64,000 bases of DNA. Origin: Octopus sinensis. Its lineage: Eukaryota. This document shows, piece by piece, positions 43,067-55,496 of this stretch; positions within the stretch are counted from its first letter, which is position 1; every line of letters begins with the position of its first letter. A program made the position numbers and the translations under genes. Below the pieces are notes generated by a model that was not told the DNA's origin, searched no databases, and was given only the letters and a program-made list of their open reading frames with translations. Location: assembly GCF_006345805.1 (NCBI RefSeq), contig NC_043003.1, positions 115,010,001 through 115,074,000 on the forward strand, given 5' to 3'.

Positions 43067-43527
43067 GGATCTTTTCGGTTTGAACTGCAGTTTTTTCTAG
43101 CAGTGTCATATGAAATTGTCACCCATAATCATGACCCTAGAATCGATCTATTGCATTTCAATCTCTTTTAGGGTTAGGATTAGTTAGGGTTAGTTAGAGT
43201 TAGTTAGTGTTAGGGTTAGGGTTAGGGGTGGGGAGAAGGTTATATTTTTTTCTTCACAAATGTAAATAAACCCAATTTGTTTCTTAAACGAGGGACATAT
43301 TCATACGGCACAGAATGTTTATTACCTCAATGGACGTCAGTGATTGGTTGAAATTGCAGAAATTGAAGAAAAGAACCCCAACAAATATCTTACAAACTAT
43401 AGAATTTTCTCAATAAATCCAAGAGAAAAAGATGTTTTATAAACACATTCTACCAATATACGAAGTTTAAAGTTATTTAGTTACCTAGAAGTTATGTTAA
43501 AAACTGCCGTTCAAACCGAAAAGATCC
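43067..43527. mobile_element. MITE with 28-bp TIRs and 8-bp TSD (Merlin-like candidate), containing TTAGGG-like repeats
   Basis: GGATCTTTTCGGTTTGAACTGCAGTTTT ... AAAACTGCCGTTCAAACCGAAAAGATCC (one mismatch); TSD ATCTTTTT at 43059-43066 and 43528-43535. Confidence 0.88.
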
Positions 43528-43876
43528 ATCTTTTTTGCATTTAAATTTCCTTGACGTTATACGTTCACACATACACACAATCACACACATAGGCTTACGT
43601 GTATATGCTTTTGTGTGTGTTTCATCGATCAAATTTTACTGGTTTTATTTATTGAACAGCGTCCGTGGTGGTGCACTTCCTTTCAGGGTTTAGTCGAACA
43701 AATGAATCCCAGTATTTATTGGACTCTTTTTGTTTTTTTGTTTTTAACCCTTCCTTTTATTCTATCAACCTCTTTTCTCGAAACGCTAAGTTACGAAGTT
43801 GGGAGCGTAGGCAACGCAAAATCGATACTGAAGTGGTGGTGGGGGACCAGTACAAACAAAGAAGCACGCAAAGTTT

Positions 43877-43916
<40 letters not shown>

Positions 43917-44251
43917 GAGTGTGTGTATGTGTGTTGTAATATATATATATATATATATATATACCGGAGTAAACACATAAATATGAAACAAGGTGGAAAA
44001 AAGAGTACTCAAATACCCTCTAAAATTGAAATGTCTTAAGCTTCTGCGCTATTTCCACCTTCATCTTTTATATATAAAAATTTGATTTGTATAGATCTCT
44101 AATCCTTTTTTAACTATATATATGTGGGTTAAGTACGTACGTACGTATGTATGTATGTATGTATGTATGTATGTATGTATGTATGTATGTATGTATGCCA
44201 TAAAATATCGTTATTATTGTCACACGAACTTCTACACATTGGTGCTTATAC

Positions 44252-44740
44252 TTGGTAGTATTGTGGTCACTTGATCGAAGTGTGAGCCTCATCCCGCCAT
44301 TTTATATTTCGGGCTTTAGTGTGTAAGCATGGCCGGTCCACTAGCAACGTGCACCAAAAAAAAACAAAAAACAAAAAGCAGTGATCGGAGAAATGGTAAT
44401 GGTGAACCGATTCACCACTACCATCTCTCTCGTCAGTGGTGGAGGTTGACGGGCATCCTGCACCATCTTCGCGCGTCAGGCTTGTCTGGCCTCTTTTAAA
44501 CTTAATGATCCACTCTAACACACTTCTACGCGGTAGAGCCACTCTCTCCGTATTGTGATAAAAGCCTCCGATGACTTTCAGCATCTGACACACCTTCCGA
44601 CCAGAGCAATCGCATCCACCACTCTTCGTTCTTCCTTGGTGCACGTTGCTAGTGGAGCGGCCATGCTTACACTGTAAAGCCAGAAAGAGAAATGGCGTGA
44701 TCAGGATCAAATTTCGATCATGAGACCAGAACAATACCAA
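44252..44740 (-). mobile_element. Non-autonomous mariner derivative with long imperfect inverted ends
   Basis: LPRRSVLEWIIKFKRGQTSLTREDGAGCPSTSTTDE matches the mariner N-terminus (LSR..VYEW..KFK.GRTS..DE.R.GRPSTS.T.E); inverted repeat core 44321-44355 vs 44638-44672. Confidence 0.72.
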
Positions 44741-44803
44741 CTATAAGCACGCATGCGCAGAAGGCACTGTGTCAATAATATAATAATAAAGATATGTTAT
44801 GGC

Positions 44804-44875
<72 letters not shown>

Positions 44876-44876
<1 letters not shown>

Positions 44877-45777
44877 TTATACAATATGGAAAGTAAAAAA
44901 TTCACTTTACCACACACCGAACTTATCAGAAATAGCAGCCAAAAATTTGGCTATTTCTTCACTGCAAGTAAAAGTCTCCAGACAATGCATACTCTGATAT
45001 GCATTGTCTGGAGACTTTTACTTGCAGTTGAAGAAATAGCCAAATTTTTGGCTGCTATTTATGATAAGTTCGGTGTGTGGTAAAGTGAATTTTTTTACTT
45101 TACCATATTTTTATAAATTAATACTTCAAATATACCGTAAATGGTCTTTTTACATACCGAATACTGCTTGGTCGAATTGATTAACAATTAATTAATTCCA
45201 CCCTTTTTTACTGACAATATAATGCTTTCTCTCCAAGAATTTGAACTACAGTTTTTGCCTCTGTAGGAATGTACTACTCTATGACTCACGTGGGTGGACA
45301 GGGAGAATAATAGATCTCATTTGTATTTTTGGATTCGCTAGTACTGGTTGTCTGGCATGGTTTGTCCGATGTTACAGATATCGGACGGGTATGTTTGACT
45401 CTTAGTATTTTCAAATCTAAATCAGAAGAAATCTCGAGCTGATGAAGGAAAGTGGCGTTTAACCCACGAATCCAGAACAGGCTGTCCTCGGGTATCTTAT
45501 ATGGATGTGATCTTTCATTGTTTTTCCCTTATACCTATGTGAGTATTTTTTGAGTATGCATTGTCTGGAGACTTTTACTTGCAGTTGAAGAAATAGCCAA
45601 ATTTTTGGCTGCTGTTTCTGATAAGTTCGGTGTGTGGTAAAGTGAATTTTTTACTTTACCATATTTTTATAAATTAATACTTCAAATATACCGTAAATGG
45701 TCTTTTTACATACCGAATACTGCTTGGTCGAATTGATTAACAATTAATTAATTCCACCCTTTTTTACTGACAATATA
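44876..45777 (+). mobile_element. Non-coding HHR-bearing element: 119-bp inverted arm plus about 1.4 tandem units of a 557-bp monomer
   Basis: Inverted 44876-44994; direct repeats 44998-45221 and 45555-45777; (AT)n on both sides; homologous to 7824-8738. Confidence 0.82.
45433..45492 (+). ncRNA. Degenerate or variant hammerhead motif
   Basis: CTCGAG-CTGATGA-aggaaa-GTGG..CCAC-GAAT..CAG/CTG..GTC-CTCGGG; stem I good, 6 extra nt before stem II, GAAT in place of GAAA. Confidence 0.5.
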
Positions 45778-45794
45778 TATATATACATATATAT

Positions 45795-45892
<98 letters not shown>

Positions 45893-45919
45893 TATATTAT
45901 GTATATATATTATATATAT

Positions 45920-45969
<50 letters not shown>

Positions 45970-46150
45970 TATATACATATATAATAAATCTACCATAAAT
46001 ATTATGACCCTGATTATAATTATATATATAATTATAGAATACTTTATGTACATACATACATACACACACACACACACGTATATTACGTTTAAAAGTCACT
46101 AATGGTCCGATTAATATTTTCCTTTATATTTTATATAGCGCTTAGCCGCG

Positions 46151-46206
<56 letters not shown>

Positions 46207-46580
46207 ACGCACGCATACTCACATATCGTTGAAGACAATTTCGGGAAAACCCTTGTGGTATACTATAGAAAGCTTGTCCAAAGTTATTGGTTACTGAATG
46301 TCGTTAAAGATTGAGACTACTCCTGTTATCTGGAATTCCATTAGAAGCCATAGAATTTATAGGCAGAGATCAAAAAGAGAAAACGGAGGGAATGAGATTC
46401 TTTTTTTCCATGTCACTACAATTGTTTCTACACTCACCCTTAGTACATTGGTGAGATGATGTAACTGACATTGCGTTGTAACTGCCATCCATCAAAGGCG
46501 TAAAAATGCGTTTCTTCAGGTGAGTATATTAAATAAGTCCTTCGTTAGATCAGACTAACCTTTTGCTCCGTGCTCATCAT

Positions 46581-46628
<48 letters not shown>

Positions 46629-47514
46629 TGAGGCGGAGTGGTGTTGTATTGACGTGTGCGTAACTCCTATCTGTCAACTTCAACTCTCAATATATGCTTT
46701 CTTCAAGTATATCTTCGGTCTTACAATCAAGCACGTCAACAACGGTTGTCTGTAAATATTTTAATCATCACTATTCTCTGAATACCCGACATTTTCTTTT
46801 TAAGATGTCTGGTACGATATTGGCACCGTTTCCATCGATGCACGAAATATGGTTTTATTATACGATAACTAATGGCAATAGATAGTGTGTGTAAAGAAAT
46901 ACCACCCCTTCTTTATTTTCCAAAAAGACAGAATAAATATTATTTTGAAATGAAATCCCCAAATGTCAGTTTTGCTCCTCGTCTTTTCGCAGTCGACAAG
47001 GTATTGAACCATTCATGTGTTGCGTTATGTATATTCGACTTAACTCAATAGGCATTTTACGTATACTAGAAATTAATATTTCATGACATTATGGCAGAAG
47101 GCCAAGAAATCATGTTGCAGGAATATGTTGACCGTTAAATACAAATGTTAGTGAAAGCCAAAAATAACTAAATCTAAATCGATTTATTAAATTAGCGTGT
47201 TTTGATGTGTGGAAATGTCTCAAGAACTAGTTATAAACCACCAATATGTTAACCTTTTGTAGTTAAAGAAAGTCCTTTGTTACACGCAACACATAAATCA
47301 GTGATGTGTTATTAATTTTTCTGATAATTTAAATCATTCTTGAAAAATTGAGCAATTACTTCGCATTAATTTTTTATATTATTCCTGCCAGAATATAAAC
47401 AATATTCTGACATTGGTTTTAGAAAATCATTATTTTAAAAATGTTCTAATGCTAATTTTGAATGGTAAGCTCCGAAATGGAAGGAATCTGGTGAGGGTTT
47501 GCACTGTCCAAATT

Positions 47515-49476
47515 TATATTAATTTCAGTCATCAAGACTGTGGCCACGCTTGGGCACCGATTAAAGAATTTTAGTCGGCGAATCGAACCCAGGTCTTATT
47601 TATTTGAAGCCTGGTCTTATTCTGTTGGTTTTTTTGGCAGAGCTACTTAGTTACGGTCGCGTTAACACACCAACACCAAATGTCAACTGGTGATGAGGAA
47701 CAGAGACAAACACACACACAACACACACACACACACACACACAAACATATATATATACACTTTACTCTTTTACTCTATTTTACTTGTTTCAGTCATTTGA
47801 CTGCGGCCATGCTGGAGCACCGCCTTTAATCGAGCAAATCGACCCCGGGACTTATTCTTCGTAAGCCCAGTACTTATTCTATCGGTCTCTTTTGCCGAAC
47901 CGCTAAGTGACGGGGACATAGACACACCAGCTTCGGTTGTCAAGCGATGTTGGGGGGAGAAACACAGACATACAAACATACATGCACATATATATATATA
48001 TACATATATACGACGGGCTCCTTTCAGTTTCCGTCTACAAAATCCACTTACAAGGCTTTGGTCGGCCCGAGGCTATAGTAGAATACACTTGCCCAAGGTG
48101 TCACGCAGTGGGACTGAACCCGGAACCATGTGGTTGGTAAACAAGCTATTTACCACACAGCCACTCCTGCGCCTATATATATATATATATGTATAATTCG
48201 CGCTTCATTCAGTTTCCGTCTACCAAATCAGCTTACAAGTGTTTTGGTCAACCAGAGACTGAAGTAGAAGACACTTGCTCAAGCTGAAGCACAGTGGGAT
48301 GGACCCGAGAACTTTATGGTCAGGAGCAGATGTCTTACCATACAACCACACCTGCGCTCATAGACATTTATAGACACGAATACAGCATCCAATCAAACAG
48401 CTTTAGAAATCAATTCAATCCATCTTTTCTCTCACATTACCCAGTAAACCTTTCAATTATCTCCCAATAGTTTTTTTTCTCTTTGTGCATCCCATTTACT
48501 TTTTTATTTAATTTTTATTTACTTGTTTCAGTCATTTGACTGCGGCCATGCTGGAGCACCGCCTTTATTCGAACAAATCGAACCCAGGACTTATTCTTTG
48601 TAAGCCTAGTAACTTATTCTATCGGATCTCTCTTGCCGAAACGCTACGTTACGGGGACGTAAAAACACCAACACACATATGCACACGACGGGCTTCTTTC
48701 AGTTTCCATCCACGAAATCCACTCACAAGGCTTTGGTCGGTCTCAGGCTATAGCAGAAGACATTTTCCCAAGGTGCCACGCAGTGGGACTGAACCCAGAA
48801 CCATGTGGCTAGGAACCAAGTTTTTTAACCCAAAGTCACTCCTGCGCCTATACTTGTTATGTTTGTTTTTTCTTATAATCGTTACAGTTCTTGTGAGTAT
48901 ATAAGATCCATGGGCATAACATTGCTTGAATTTCCAGTAGCTTTGCAGAAAAATATGCTTCACTTTAGGAATTAAGTGTGAATATTGGTTTTGTTCCATA
49001 GTGCTATCAGTCAATCCCCTTAAATTTATAGGCTTTAGGGATAATAGGCGCAGGAGTGGCATAGGCGCAGGAGTGGCTGTGTGGTAAGTAGCTTGCTAAC
49101 CAACCACATGGTTCCGGGTTCAGTCCCACTGCGTGGCATCTTGGGCAAGTGCCTTCTGCTATAGCCCCGGGCCGACCAATGCTTTGTGAGTGGATTTGGT
49201 AGACGGAAACTGAAAGAAGCCTGTCGTATATATGTATATATATGTATATATGTATGTGTGTTTGTGTGTCTGTGTTTGTCTCCCTAGCATTGCTTGACAA
49301 CCGATGTTGGTGTGTTTACATCCCCTTCACTTAGCGGTTCGGCAAAAGAGACCGATAGAATAAGTACTGGGCTTACGAAGAATAAGTCCCGGGGTCGATT
49401 TGCTCGACTAAAGGCGGTGCTCCAGCATGGCCGCACTCAAATGACTGAAACAAGCAAAAGAGGAAAGAGTAAGAGT
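47515..49476. mobile_element. Cluster of about six family-B SINE copies (47515-, 47764-, 48200-, 48515- minus; 49046-49476 plus)
   Basis: Repeated diagnostic motifs; the plus copy has a duplicated aggcgcaggagtggc at its 5' end. Confidence 0.88.
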
Positions 49477-49831
49477 AATTGCTGGAATATTTGGTTCCAC
49501 ACAAACATTACATAACAGAGAAAGGAGATGATTAAATTAGCTCGGTACATAACTGACACTCTAATTGGATTTTACATTAAAGATCATAAAAGGGGAACTG
49601 AAAAGTGTTAGGTTCATTAAGCAGCGTATAAAATGTACAGCGGATTTAAAATACTACAGATGACAAATTCACCGATCATCCTTCCGCGGTCAATGAAGTA
49701 TATCAGTTTTCAAACAACATCATGGATTGGAGAAATTTTCAAAATGTTGCTTAAAATAATTTCTGGTGTTTGTTTCCGCATTTTATCTTGTCACTGTGAC
49801 GCCATGTGTCCAAGTGTTGTGTTATAAACAA

Positions 49832-50441
49832 CTAGCAGTATCGCCCAGCGTTGCTCGGGTTTGTAAGGGAAATAACTATATAAGCATTTTTAGAGAGTTA
49901 TAGCCAAAAAATAGCAAAAACTTGCATTAAAAATGGGAAAAAAATGATGGTAAATTTTTTTAAAAATCGTTGACTCATCGTAGACATTTTTACTTCCCTT
50001 ATATAATATCGAATAAATGCATTAAAATGGAAACAAATGATGGTAATTTTTTTAAAATCGTAGACTCATCGTAGACGCGCGCTAATACCCAGAAGGGCTC
50101 GATATGAATCGCGACTATAAGATACCCGGTTTTGGTTAAACTGCACCGCAAAATGTGGGAGTAGTTAGGAATCTAAATCGTAGGAGACAAACACACAACT
50201 TGACTTTTATATATATTACTTCCCTTATATAATATCGAATAAATGCATTAAAATGGAAACAAATGATGGTAATTTTTTAAAATCGTAGATCATCGTAGAC
50301 GCGCGCTTAATACCCAGAAGGGCTCGATATGAATCGCGACTATAAGATACCCGGTTTTGGTTAAACTGCACCGCAAAGTGGGGGAGTAGTTAGGAATCTA
50401 ATAGCAGGGACAGACACACAAACTTCTTTTAGATATAAAGA
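49832..50441 (-). mobile_element. Non-autonomous Helitron with an internal ~226-bp tandem duplication
   Basis: Minus strand: A|TCTTTATATCTAAAAG 5' end; 3' hairpin CCCGAGCAACGCTGGG then CTAG|T; 49991-50216 repeated at 50217-50441. Confidence 0.78.
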
Positions 50442-50643
50442 TATTGCAAAGAAGGTAACGAAAAGCTACCTGTGGACTCTACGCAGATGAGATGGTAAGC
50501 GGGTTATTCATCGATTTCATATTATAAGGACGAAAGGGAATTTCGTAATAGAAAAACAAAAATGCTAAACAAATACATGTAATTATATCCAGTTCACTGA
50601 TTATTCGTCGAGCAGGTGTTATTTGCTTTTCTAAATCATCTCA

Positions 50644-50743
50644 NNNNNNNNNNNNNNNNNNNNNNNNNNNNNNNNNNNNNNNNNNNNNNNNNNNNNNNNN
50701 NNNNNNNNNNNNNNNNNNNNNNNNNNNNNNNNNNNNNNNNNNN
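50644..50743. other. Assembly gap (100 N)
   Basis: Direct reading. Confidence 1.
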
Positions 50744-50899
50744 CATATACAATTGATTTGAATATGAGTAGTATGCATATTAGCGCAGACATGGTAAACA
50801 TAATTTATTATTCCCTGAAATTATTATCGTACGATGAAGGCTGCTAAAAGGCCTTAATCCTAATATATTGTCTAAATATATTCACCTCGTGTTTCCTGA

Positions 50900-51246
50900 C
50901 ATTTTACGGTTTACACACACACACACAACATGCATTATATATATATATATATATAATATATATTATATTATAATATATATATAATATATATAATATATAT
51001 ATGTATGTATGTATATATGCATGTATGTATGTACGCATGTATGTAGGTATATATGTATATAATGTATGTATGTATATATGTATGTATGTATATATATGTA
51101 TGTATTTATGTACGTATGTATGTATTAGGTATATATGTACGTATGTATGTATGTATGTATATATGTATGTACGTATGTATGTATTATGTATATATGTATG
51201 TATGTATATATATATATATATGTATGTATGTACGTACGTATGTATG

Positions 51247-51280
<34 letters not shown>

Positions 51281-51405
51281 TGTACATATGTATGTACGTA
51301 CGTATGTATGTACGTATGTATGTTTGTATGTATGTATGTATATATGTATGTATGTATGTATTTATGTATGTATGTATGTATGTATGTATATATGTATGTA
51401 TCAAT
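50900..51405. repeat. Degenerate (AT)n/(ATGT)n array
   Basis: Direct reading. Confidence 0.95.
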
Positions 51406-51843
51406 GGATGCACGCATTTGGGCATTTCGTAATATCATAAATGTTTAACACCCCTGTGAATATTTTTTGAGTACTAATCCAATTAATGCTTTAGAACTGT
51501 TGTTAAGCAGATATTTTGCCATCAGGCCAGGTTACAGGAGCATTTTACATCAATGTGCATAATTTCTAGTTTATTTAAATTAATTCAAATTATTAGAAGA
51601 TGCAAAGCGTATTCCTTTTAAATGCAAAGTAAAAACGCGGTTAATTAAGCATGTCTGAAATGTGCGCAAGTATGGTTGTGCATATATTGATGGGATAATG
51701 AAGGCAAACAAAAAGAGAACTGCTGGTGGAGTGAAACGGAAACTTCATATCTGGTGCTGGAATATTTAAGAGATTTGGCTCTGTTGGATGGCAATTAATA
51801 CTTTGAATTTAGAAGTTAAATCGTTCAACTACATTGTTGCCAG

Positions 51844-51993
51844 AAATATTCCTCAAGAATATCATAGGTGCCAACTTTACAAAGGTGAATGCTACATCTC
51901 ATAGTTTCAATGCTAATATGACGTACATTATCCGTTTTGGATACAGGGAACACATGGCCTTCCACTGTTCTGATCACAGTACATTTTCTACAG
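51844..51993 (+). CDS. Candidate 150-nt phase 1-1 exon of an extracellular protein
   Basis: gccag| ... cag|gtatat; open frame IFLKNIIGANFTKVNATSHSFNANMTYIIRFGYREHMAFHCSDHSTFST with three N-X-T sequons; no family recognised. Confidence 0.3.
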
Positions 51994-52414
51994 GTATATT
52001 TTACTTTATTTACGAATTTATACAACTTCTAAAAAGTTACTGAATTGCTCAACGTGACAACATATAATATTCTCTCCAGATTCGTTTTGCAGACAGGGAG
52101 CCAATATTCTCCCTAGAAACAGGAAAAAGAAAAAATGGGCGGCAAAAGATGGACATGACACGAACAACTCAAATGCAGGTATTTGATGCCCCACTCTGTT
52201 TCGAAAGTGAAAGATCTGACGATATATAAATACAGCATCTCTCTCTCACTCTCACACACACATACACTCACACAAATATGTACATACGTACAAATATATA
52301 CACATACCTCCTTGTTTCATGTATGCACACATCTCAGCTCACATATATACATTTCACTCTCCTCTCTTCATGACAATCTCTGCATATACATATATATGTA
52401 TATATATATACACG

Positions 52415-52460
<46 letters not shown>

Positions 52461-52461
52461 A

Positions 52462-52669
52462 CGGGAAGCTTTATGAAAATAAACAAAAGACGAAGGCAGG
52501 TGGAATACAAACAAACAATTGTATTAGTATGGTGCTCAGGAATATAAATAAAACAAGTCTTTTACGTTTCAAGCCTACGCTCTTCAACAGAAAGATACAC
52601 AGAAAAGAAACACGGAGAGAAACAAGGAGAGAAAAAAATGAGTGCAGAAGCTAGCGAATCAACATGGCG

Positions 52670-52670
<1 letters not shown>
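52462..52670 (-). mobile_element. PLE-type 3' remnant between (AT)n tracts
   Basis: Homologous to 17880-18100; contains an HHR-like motif. Confidence 0.7.
52558..52595 (-). ncRNA. Minimal hammerhead-like motif with atypical core
   Basis: TCTTT-CTGTTGAA-GAGC gtag GCTT-GAAAC-GTA-AAAGA; 5-bp stem I, zero-loop stem III, U at position 6 and one extra A. Confidence 0.55.
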
Positions 52671-52751
<81 letters not shown>

Positions 52752-52858
52752 TTGTGTGTGTGTGTGTGTGTGTATGCGTGTGTGTGTCTGTGTGCATGCG
52801 CACGCACTCATACACACACACGCGCGCACCCACAAACTTATCAAAACTGTACATTAAC

Positions 52859-52932
<74 letters not shown>

Positions 52933-53324
52933 AAGAGAGAGACAGAGAGAGAGCGAAAGAGACAGGGGAATGAAAAGCAAAGAAGAGGTATTAATTTGAC
53001 GCTCAGCAAAAATGGAAGTGAAGTTGAAGTTTCGATCCTACACAAAATCGTCAGTGGTTATAGAGAATTTGAAATGTAAGAAATTTTCTTTCCTGATGAT
53101 GGAAGTTCGATTTATCTAACGTGCAATTGTTTTCATTTCTGTCTGCATATTTTGGTGAACTACATCTACTGGCATTATAATGGATCTCCGAGCTCCTAGA
53201 AACAGCTGTCGGTCATATAACACCGTACTTGCATTTCTTTAATTTTCTCTGTTGTTTGTACTCTGAGTTTGATCGATTAATCTATCAATATCTATGTATT
53301 TATACTTAAATCCTTAAATCGTTA

Positions 53325-53660
53325 AAAATGTCTATGCCCTAAGGCTGCGGCCATGCTGGGGCACCACCGCTGAATGAGCTACACTAATATGTGAATCCAC
53401 CTCTCATACGTGGCAGTTGGTCAACAAGGGAGTTCGATGCCGCTGCCCGCATCTGTGTCTCCTGTCGTGAGGTAGGTTCATCTGGGACCCCCGACAAGAA
53501 GAGATCCGGTTTGGTTTTAAAGAAACCCATATCCACACCATGCTAGTCTCTCAGGCATTTAGGGAGGATGTTAAAGAGCTGTGGTCCTCTGAAACCCATT
53601 CTGTTGCAGCATCTGGTCCTGTATTTTGATGGTGATGTTGGAATCTTTGGCACCATGCAG
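53325..53660 (-). mobile_element. CR1-group LINE extreme 3' fragment
   Basis: VPKIPTSPSKYRTRCCNRMGFRGPQLFNILPKCLRD*...FLSGVPDEP...SNSLVDQ; 3' UTR contains ggtgccccagcatggccgcag. Confidence 0.7.
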
Positions 53661-54354
53661 ATGATTAACTATTATCAGATGATTTTCAGATGATTAAATA
53701 TTAATCATCTGAAAAATCTTCATTCTTTGTTTTATTTCGGTTTATTACACTTGCATATATTTGGGATATCAAACCCAAACTGACTGATTTCACCTGTTTA
53801 TCCATATAACTGCCTCCACACACACACACACACATATATATTCGTAGATATATGTTTAATTACTGTTGTTCACTTATATTAAAAATGACATACCACTACC
53901 CAAAATGACAACAAAAAATGATGACGATGATGACGACGATGATGATGATCATCATCATCATGTCGACAATGGACGATAAAACTGATCTTACTGACACGGA
54001 GTATTCCGTGAAATGGTGGAAAGAATTTATGTATGCCTAATATATTCGTAACCACCCAATATTTTAAAGTTATGTAATAATTCTTCTTTCCTCTTTCATT
54101 ATTCAGATCAGACTTGTGCGATTCTGAGAGAGAGAGAGAGAGAGAAAGATTTCGCTGCTATTTCTAGGATGTAGCTGGACGTTTTAGAAATTCTCTCCTT
54201 GAATTAATGACAAGGTTCATGATAATGATATTGATGACAACGACAACGAGCATGTTGATGATAATGATGACGACGATGATGATGATGATGATGTGAGGAT
54301 GATGAAGATGATGATGATAATTATAATCTGCTCCCAAACCCAACTGAAATGCAA

Positions 54355-54420
54355 TAATAATAATAATATAATAATAATAATAATAATAATATAATAATAA
54401 CTAATAATAATAATAATAAT

Positions 54421-54478
<58 letters not shown>

Positions 54479-54479
54479 G

Positions 54480-54537
<58 letters not shown>

Positions 54538-54578
54538 TGTTGATGATGATGACGATGATGATGATGATGATGATGATA

Positions 54579-54609
<31 letters not shown>

Positions 54610-54696
54610 GAATAAGAATAATAATGATGATAATTATATTTATTATTATTACTATTATCATCATTATCATCATCAACATCATCATCATCATCATCA

Positions 54697-54751
<55 letters not shown>

Positions 54752-54803
54752 TAACATCATCATAATCATCAACATCATCATAATCATCATCATCATCATC
54801 ATC

Positions 54804-54862
<59 letters not shown>

Positions 54863-54890
54863 CATTATTATTATTATTATTATCTCAGAG
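54355..54890. repeat. (AAT)/(GAT) array switching to complementary (ATT)/(ATC) at about 54635
   Basis: Direct reading. Confidence 0.92.
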
Positions 54891-55194
54891 GAGTTTATCT
54901 TCTTTGATTAAATTAAAATTAGAATTTTAATACAAGATTTCTCTCAGCAGATTTCTCCCAATGAATTTTAATAGATTTTCGAGCCGAGCTTCAGCTATCA
55001 AATTTAATACCATAATACACAAGGAAATAATTTCCAATAAAATTATTTTAACTATTTTCTTAATATTCACTTTCTCAAAATTGCAAAAAAAAAAAAAAAT
55101 AAATGTAATTTGTATAAATGTAGTTCTGAATTATATATATGTGTTTGGATTAACTATATATATAATATATATATATATATATAATATGTGTGTG

Positions 55195-55226
<32 letters not shown>

Positions 55227-55308
55227 ATGCGTGTGTATGCGTGTACGTGTGTCTATAATATATAGAGAGAGACACACGTACACGCATACACACGCATATA
55301 TATATATG

Positions 55309-55369
<61 letters not shown>

Positions 55370-55370
55370 G

Positions 55371-55410
<40 letters not shown>

Positions 55411-55441
55411 TATCTATATATATATATATAGTTATCATCAT

Positions 55442-55496
<55 letters not shown>

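Noticed and set aside
43168-43228. Telomere or interstitial telomere fusion site
   Set aside because: Short, degenerate and internal to a TIR/TSD-bounded MITE.
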